Source: Pseudomonadota bacterium | Lineage (GTDB): Bacteria > UBA10199 > 2-02-FULL-44-16 > DYJF01 | DNA: 64,000 nt | Assembly (NCBI GenBank): GCA_043823065.1 | Contig: JBDRBB010000009.1 | Coordinates: 76,933-140,932, forward strand | Reading direction: 5' to 3' | In this document: piece after piece, positions 58,558 through 64,000 of the stretch | Layout of the letters: each line of letters starts with the position of its first letter | Numbering within the stretch: the first letter of the stretch is position 1 | The notes under the pieces: generated by a model | What the model saw: the letters and a program-made list of their open reading frames with translations, nothing else | Database searches by the model: none | Told to the model about the DNA's origin: nothing | Made by a program: the position numbers and the translations under genes

Positions 58558-60423
58558 ATGAAAGATCAACACAAAAAGTTATTTAGCACCAAGATGGATG
58601 AAGATAGTTTAAAAAAATTGGCAGCAATAAATAATGATGAAGCAATGGATTTTATTGCTTATGCCATTGAGCTTTGCCAGCCAGAAAAAGTTTTTGTTGG
58701 TAATGATTCTGACCAGGATGTGGCTTATATTCGTGAGCTAGCCATTAAAAACAAAGAAGAAAAAGCCTTGAATACCAAGGGGCACACTATTCATTATGAT
58801 GGTTACTATGATCAAGGTCGCAATAAGGAAGTAACCAAGTATCTGGTGCCTAAAACAGAAACCCTTGATTCTAAACTTAATCAAATAGATCGTGATCAAG
58901 GTTTGAAAGAAATAGAAGATCTCCAACGAGGTTCTTATAAAGGTCGGACCATGCTGGTGAGGTTTTTCAGTTTAGGGCCGCAAAATACTATTTTTGGTAT
59001 TCCTTGCTTGCAAATTACAGATTCAGCTTATGTGGCGCACAGTGAAGATTTACTTTATCGCCGCGCTTATGAGGCTTTTAAAAAATTACCTACTGGTGGT
59101 GAATTTTTTAAATATCGCCACTGCACAGGAGCAGTTGATGAGCGCATGACTTCTAAAGATTTTCAGCATAATCGCGTATATATAGACTATACCAAAAATA
59201 CAGTAATGAGCGCCAACACCCAATATGCTGGCAATACCGTGGGTTTGAAAAAACTGTCCTTGCGCTTGGCCATTCGCAAAGCTGATCGGGAAAGCTGGCT
59301 GGCTGAGCACATGTTTATTATGCGCAGCAATGGTCCAAAGGGCAGAAAAACCTATTTTTGCGGGGCGTTCCCCAGTGCTTGCGGCAAGACATCCACAGCC
59401 ATGATTCCAGGCGAAAATATTGTGGGCGATGATTTGGCCTACTTTAGAATTATTGATGGAGAATTTCGCGCAGTAAATGTGGAAAGCGGCATCTTTGGAA
59501 TTATCGAAGATGTAAATGCCAAAGACGACCCAGTTATTTATGATGTATTAACCAAGCCAGGAGAAGTTATTTTTAGCAATGTTTTGGTAAAAGATGGCAA
59601 GCCATATTGGCTAGGCATGGGTGAAGAAATTCCCACTCAAGGTGAAAATTATTGCGGCAAATGGGAAAAGGGAATGAAAGGTCCAGATGGCAGTGATACC
59701 ACAGCAAGTCATAAAAATGCCCGTTATACAGTAAAAATGGCTGATTTAAAAAATGCAGATCCACATTGGGATGATCCAAAAGGTGTAAAAGTTGACGGAA
59801 TTGTTTATGGCGGTCGCGATAGCGATACTAATGTTCCAGTGCGCGAGGCTTATAGCTGGGAACATGGCATTTGTACCATGGGTGCCATGCTGGAATCTGA
59901 AACCACAGCAGCAACCACTGGTCAGCAAGGTGTGCGGGTTTGGAATGTGATGAGCAATATGGATTTTCTTTCCATGTCAGTTGGTCGCTACATTGAAAAT
60001 AATCTCAAATTTGCCAAAGATATTAAGCGCCCAAAAGTGTTTGGCACTAATTATTTCTTAAAGAAAGACGGCCAGTTTTTGAATGGAAAATTGGATAAAT
60101 CAATTTGGATTAAATGGATGGAGCGCCGCGTACATAATGAAATGGAAGCGCTTGATGCTGGTTATGGTTTAATTCCCAAATATGAAGATTTAAAACAATT
60201 GTTCAAAGAAGTTTTGAAGAAAGATTACACCAAGAAAGATTATGTAGAACAATTTACCGTGCGCATCCCTGAGCTATTGGCAAAACTTGAGCGTATGGAA
60301 AAAATATATGCAACAATTGCTGATACGCCGCAAACCATGAAAACTGAGATGGCTAGCCAGCGCCAACGTTTATCTGTTTTGCGTCAGGCTAAAGGAGACT
60401 ATATTAACCCTTTAAGCCTGTAG
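58558..60423 (+). CDS. pckG: GTP-dependent phosphoenolpyruvate carboxykinase
   Basis: YAGNTVGLKK, WLAEHM, AFPSACGKT, VGDDLA and YGGRD motifs. Confidence 0.93.
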   Translation: MKDQHKKLFSTKMDEDSLKKLAAINNDEAMDFIAYAIELCQPEKVFVGNDSDQDVAYIRELAIKNKEEKALNTKGHTIHYDGYYDQGRNKEVTKYLVPKTETLDSKLNQIDRDQGLKEIEDLQRGSYKGRTMLVRFFSLGPQNTIFGIPCLQITDSAYVAHSEDLLYRRAYEAFKKLPTGGEFFKYRHCTGAVDERMTSKDFQHNRVYIDYTKNTVMSANTQYAGNTVGLKKLSLRLAIRKADRESWLAEHMFIMRSNGPKGRKTYFCGAFPSACGKTSTAMIPGENIVGDDLAYFRIIDGEFRAVNVESGIFGIIEDVNAKDDPVIYDVLTKPGEVIFSNVLVKDGKPYWLGMGEEIPTQGENYCGKWEKGMKGPDGSDTTASHKNARYTVKMADLKNADPHWDDPKGVKVDGIVYGGRDSDTNVPVREAYSWEHGICTMGAMLESETTAATTGQQGVRVWNVMSNMDFLSMSVGRYIENNLKFAKDIKRPKVFGTNYFLKKDGQFLNGKLDKSIWIKWMERRVHNEMEALDAGYGLIPKYEDLKQLFKEVLKKDYTKKDYVEQFTVRIPELLAKLERMEKIYATIADTPQTMKTEMASQRQRLSVLRQAKGDYINPLSL

Positions 60424-60559
60424 TCATTGCATATCAGATTTGAATGAGATAATTTGCTAGTAATATTAGCAAGTTAGATGCATACATAATTAGCTTGTAT
60501 TCATGTTGACAGATATTTGTTTTTCAAATACATGCCGCAACATGAAAGGAGGTGGAACT

Positions 60560-60793
60560 ATGAAGAAATCTCTAAGTTTTCTGGTAGTTCTCGCCATCGC
60601 ACTGGGAGTTGTAGTAGTTAATGCTCAAACTAAGACAGAGAGCGCTGCTGCCGCAACAAAACAAGCTAGCCCCGAACTAACTGCTAAAGCAACAGAAGTA
60701 TGCACAAGCAAAGGTTTGACTGGCACTCAGCTGGATGAATGCGTGAAGACCGAGACAGCTAAACTTGAAAAAGAACAAGCTGCAAAGAAGTAA
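60560..60793 (+). CDS. Small secreted protein with a Cys pair
   Basis: AAGGAGG RBS, signal peptide, followed by a terminator. Confidence 0.75.
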   Translation: MKKSLSFLVVLAIALGVVVVNAQTKTESAAAATKQASPELTAKATEVCTSKGLTGTQLDECVKTETAKLEKEQAAKK

Positions 60794-60816
60794 AATTTAA
60801 TAATAAAAAAATAACA

Positions 60817-60844
60817 AAGCCTGCTTAAATACGCAGGCTTTTTT
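60817..60844 (+). terminator. Rho-independent terminator
   Basis: aagcctgc-ttaaatac-gcaggctt followed by a T run. Confidence 0.8.
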
Positions 60845-60931
60845 ATTTTTAACACATCGTCAAAGATCAAGATTTTTCTCATCTTGAGACGGAAAAAACT
60901 CCTTTTTGTTGAATAATATATACAAGTTTTG

Positions 60932-60947
60932 TGGCATGGAAAATGCA
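60932..60947 (+). promoter_or_regulatory. Putative sigma54 promoter
   Basis: TGGCATGGAAAATGCA, GG-N10-GC, about 55 nt before ATG 61001. Confidence 0.5.
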
Positions 60948-61000
60948 CATTATTAGCATGGTATTGTGAAGATCTAACCATATTTAAAAGGAGGGTTATT

Positions 61001-61660
61001 ATGTCTATTCAACAAGTTTTAAGACAGGTGTTTGCAGCTGGTATAACTGCAGATGGTTCCCGAGTTCCTACAAAGGCAATGGGAGGAGGAGATCGTATTG
61101 TTAGCCGCTTGGAAGAATTGCAGCAACAAGCGCAACAAGCAAGTACTCCTGCACAGGTTCAGGAATTACTTAGGCAAGCCGCAGAATATGCTATGGCTGC
61201 TCAATATCTGGAAGAAAGATGGAGAAATCCTCGAGAAGGAGATGCTGCAGATCAACAAAGCTATGCTGCAGCTGTAAGGGCACTTGAACAAGCTGAAACT
61301 TCTTTGCAAGCCATGTTGGAGCGCTATAGAACACTAGCCCAGCGATCTGCTCAGGGTTTAGAGCAAATGGAGCAGGCTATTGCCAGATTACAGTCTAGTG
61401 GATTGCTGGCCCAAGAACCCCCTACTAATCTTGAGCAAGACAGTGTCTTCATAAGCGCAGGAGGGGAGAGTGATGTTATCCAAGCCTATCACATAGATCA
61501 GCTTACCTCAGATATGATGCTTGCTTTAGCATCAGAAGGTGGACAAATTGTTCAAGCAGTAGATGGTAGTTATGTTATGACAGCTGTTTTGCCACCAGAT
61601 GAGATCTTTGCGCGATCAGCTATGATGGCGGTTGGTGCCAGACCTGAACCTGCTGAATAG
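61001..61660 (+). CDS. Hypothetical Gln/Ala-rich coiled-coil protein
   Basis: AAGGAGG RBS before ATG 61001; helical composition. Confidence 0.7.
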   Translation: MSIQQVLRQVFAAGITADGSRVPTKAMGGGDRIVSRLEELQQQAQQASTPAQVQELLRQAAEYAMAAQYLEERWRNPREGDAADQQSYAAAVRALEQAETSLQAMLERYRTLAQRSAQGLEQMEQAIARLQSSGLLAQEPPTNLEQDSVFISAGGESDVIQAYHIDQLTSDMMLALASEGGQIVQAVDGSYVMTAVLPPDEIFARSAMMAVGARPEPAE

Positions 61661-61676
61661 TTTGTTTGTTAACAAG

Positions 61677-62723
61677 TTAGGGTCGGGTGCAGTATTGCTG
61701 CTGTCTTAAATATAGATAAGAAAGCTGCCTAAGTGTTGGCAGATGTCCAGGGGCTAGCTCTAAAATCTGATCAAAATAATTTTCAGCCAATTGCAACTGT
61801 GCACAATTAGGATTTTCCTGCCAGAGAGTTAAAACACCAAGATTAAACAACGCGGCAATATTGTTGGAATCATAAATCAGGGCTTGATCAAGTTCTGAAA
61901 TTGCCTCTGTTCTTGGCAGATGGATAGATCGATCATGATGATAATGACTTATTTTTTCATATGGCCTCAAGAGTCTCACTTGTTGATGAGCATCTGGTCC
62001 GCCAAAAAAATTATATCTTAAATCTGCTTGAATATAATTTGATAGATTTGAAGCATCAAGATAAACTGCTACACATTCGTGCCTGATGTTTTCCTGGCGA
62101 AAATCTCTGCCTGAACGATCGATTTCCACGTCTAAAATTGTGGAAGGTATTCCAGCTAAGAGAAGAGCACCGCGATAAAAAGAATTTAAATTTGCGCAAT
62201 CAGCGCCTATGTGTTCGCGCTCTTGAAAAACCCGTGTTGCTTGTCTTGCAGGTTGATTAGATAGATCTTCCTGTCTGATGCCAAATCCATCGGTGCTGGT
62301 TACCATTTCAAAAAGGCCCTGGGCTAACATAGAATTATACAAAGGGCTTCCAGGTATTAAACTGGGATCCATCTGATGAAAAAATCTAATTGCCAGATCT
62401 AAAATTTCATAGATCTCAAAAAACCGACGAATTAATGCTAAATCTTGATCAGTGCTTGCGTCTAAATCAGTAAAAAGATTTGGGATGACTAAGCCTACCT
62501 CAGCTAACCTGCTTAATAAAGGAGGAACCTGGTAATTGGTGAAGTTTGAAGATGCATAATTTTGTACAGCATAGTAAAATTCATTTTCTGCATAGCAAAT
62601 TGCAGTATCAAAAACATCTTGGGGGGATGTAAAATTTGGTGTTTCAGGCCCGCATTCTTCAGAGAGAATCTGACAGATTTCTCCTGCTAAAAAATTAGCT
62701 GCTGCAATTTCTGGACAGTTCAT
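61677..62723 (-). CDS. Hypothetical transglutaminase-like (Cys-His-Asp) protein with C-terminal TPR-like helices
   Basis: ADCANL, RHECVAVY and IQADL; ALFNLGVL...FDQILELAP. Confidence 0.55.
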   Translation of the reverse strand: MNCPEIAAANFLAGEICQILSEECGPETPNFTSPQDVFDTAICYAENEFYYAVQNYASSNFTNYQVPPLLSRLAEVGLVIPNLFTDLDASTDQDLALIRRFFEIYEILDLAIRFFHQMDPSLIPGSPLYNSMLAQGLFEMVTSTDGFGIRQEDLSNQPARQATRVFQEREHIGADCANLNSFYRGALLLAGIPSTILDVEIDRSGRDFRQENIRHECVAVYLDASNLSNYIQADLRYNFFGGPDAHQQVRLLRPYEKISHYHHDRSIHLPRTEAISELDQALIYDSNNIAALFNLGVLTLWQENPNCAQLQLAENYFDQILELAPGHLPTLRQLSYLYLRQQQYCTRP

Positions 62724-62730
62724 AATTATT

Positions 62731-62758
62731 ATTATCGCCCTGCAGTCAAAAAGGTTGC
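62731..62758 (-). promoter_or_regulatory. GCAAC-N16-CGATAAT motif, putative alternative-sigma promoter
   Basis: Same motif and spacing as 63661-63688. Confidence 0.55.
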
Positions 62759-62837
62759 GTGCAAATTTTTTCAGATTAATCCGAAAATGACCATGGCTGA
62801 TCGAATTGAGCAATCTCTGGTTAAACAATAAACTATA

Positions 62838-63614
62838 TTAAATGTTTGAGATAAAACTGGGAAAATCAAAACTGCCTATAAATGAGATATCGTGGGTCCA
62901 TCCATTTGTTCCATATTGAGGAGAGCCACTTGGCCCAAAAGCATATTGCAGGCCTAAGGTAAAATTAAAGTTTCTCCTTAAAAGAAATATAATATCAGCT
63001 CCACATACTCCTTGAAAAGCTACACTATCTGCAGAAATAACATTATCAGCTATGTAACGACTGGAAAGTCTGGCGCCTAATCTAAGTGTAGCTAATAATG
63101 CTTCAACTCCTGTAAAAGAAATAACATAAGCAGCTTCAGCGCCGCCTCCAACCAGAACACTTTCTATGACTTGAGTTTGGTTAACAGTGATTTGTGCATT
63201 ATAATCAGAGGAGCTCATAAAAGCGTAAGCCTGAAAACCTACATGGTTAAACCAGCCAGCAAGGCCTAGTGAAAATTGATAATTAAATAAGGAATTAGCT
63301 AGGGCTCCAAGTCCAAATGTAGCGCGAATGCCAAGGTGGCGGGCTCGTTCATCAAGACCGGTTCTATTAGAAAAAGCATTTTCAGAACTAGGTTGTAGTT
63401 CTGGCTCTCGTGCATAAGCAATTATTCTATAGTGACAAGGCTCATCTGTATTACAATCTCTTTCTTCAGGCGGAACTTCTTCCAAAGTAATGCCTACTGA
63501 ACAGGGTTCGTCAGTAGTGCAGTGTGCTTGTTCTTCTGGGGTTAAAGGATGAGTGGGAATGAAGACATTCATATCACATTCATCGCCTATACAATTTTCT
63601 CCTACAGAAAACAT
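62838..63614 (-). CDS. Hypothetical protein: acidic Cys-repeat N-terminus plus beta-barrel-like C-terminus
   Basis: AAGGAG RBS; CTTDEPC and CNTDEPC repeats; alternating amphipathic strands. Confidence 0.6.
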   Translation of the reverse strand: MFSVGENCIGDECDMNVFIPTHPLTPEEQAHCTTDEPCSVGITLEEVPPEERDCNTDEPCHYRIIAYAREPELQPSSENAFSNRTGLDERARHLGIRATFGLGALANSLFNYQFSLGLAGWFNHVGFQAYAFMSSSDYNAQITVNQTQVIESVLVGGGAEAAYVISFTGVEALLATLRLGARLSSRYIADNVISADSVAFQGVCGADIIFLLRRNFNFTLGLQYAFGPSGSPQYGTNGWTHDISFIGSFDFPSFISNI

Positions 63615-63660
63615 AGTTAGCTCCTTAGTTTTTATATTATTGTGTGCCTTATATGATGCC

Positions 63661-63688
63661 ATTATCGACAATGGCAAATAAAAGTTGC
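63661..63688 (-). promoter_or_regulatory. GCAAC-N16-CGATAAT motif, putative alternative-sigma promoter
   Basis: Minus strand reads GCAACttttatttgccattgtCGATAAT. Confidence 0.55.
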
Positions 63689-64000
63689 TAAAGTTTAAAA
63701 AACCTTAATAACCCACTAATCGTTGCGCCAATAGGCACTTGTAGAAGAAAACCAAGCAAGAAAACCAAGACGGACGAGAAGCGCTGCAAAACATAGATTC
63801 CTCTCAATATCTCAGACCATATATTTTTTATTTTTTATTAATTTGCTAATTTAAATGAAAATCCTAGAATGAGCTGATTATTTTTTGTGTTATTTTTTCT
63901 TTAGATCAAAATTTAGTTTGATTTGAACACACATCAACGTACGAACATTCATTATTGCAAAGCAGCTTGACTGATAAATGATATTTATGATGCTTTGGGA

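Noticed and set aside
7453..60423. Genome-wide TAG reassignment (Gln or Pyl) to explain uvrA
   Set aside because: Many full-length genes end at TAG at the expected position, one directly before the next ATG (22875); no pyl genes or CUA tRNA in the window
63690..64000. Short hydrophobic minus-strand frames at the window end
   Set aside because: One frame has no start before an in-frame stop; the other is 29 aa with no supporting features

Overview
AT-rich bacterial chromosomal segment. Gene content suggests an anaerobic or facultative Gram-negative, deltaproteobacteria-like organism (inference only). About 1-29.9 kb is housekeeping and envelope genes: L,D-transpeptidase, tadA, a degenerate HisA-like protein plus HIT, ALDH, rarD, mfd-PPIase-surA-pdxA-PGM, uvrA broken by one in-frame TAG, two degenerate ApbE paralogues, carbamate kinase, a small CPxCG protein, tRNA-Leu, PBP1A, cyclophilin and a deacetylase. 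About 30-60.4 kb is an energy-metabolism block: a group 3b [NiFe] hydrogenase operon converging on an Rnf operon in the unusual order apbE-E-A-B-C-D-G, a porin, Mo/W-cofactor genes, a Mo/W ABC permease and ATPase, a formate/nitrite channel, selC-selA-selB and GTP-PEPCK. The tRNA-Sec folds with a 12-bp (7/5) acceptor branch. An AbiEi/AbiEii-type toxin-antitoxin pair with twin palindromic operators interrupts this block. The last 3.5 kb holds orphan genes, two of which share a GCAAC-N16-CGATAAT upstream motif. At least four families of small palindromic or heptameric repeats and MITE-like elements occupy gene junctions. They supply stop codons to several genes, and one sits in frame inside selA. 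No CRISPR array, rRNA, transposase or selenoprotein CDS was seen. All calls come from motif recognition without database searches.
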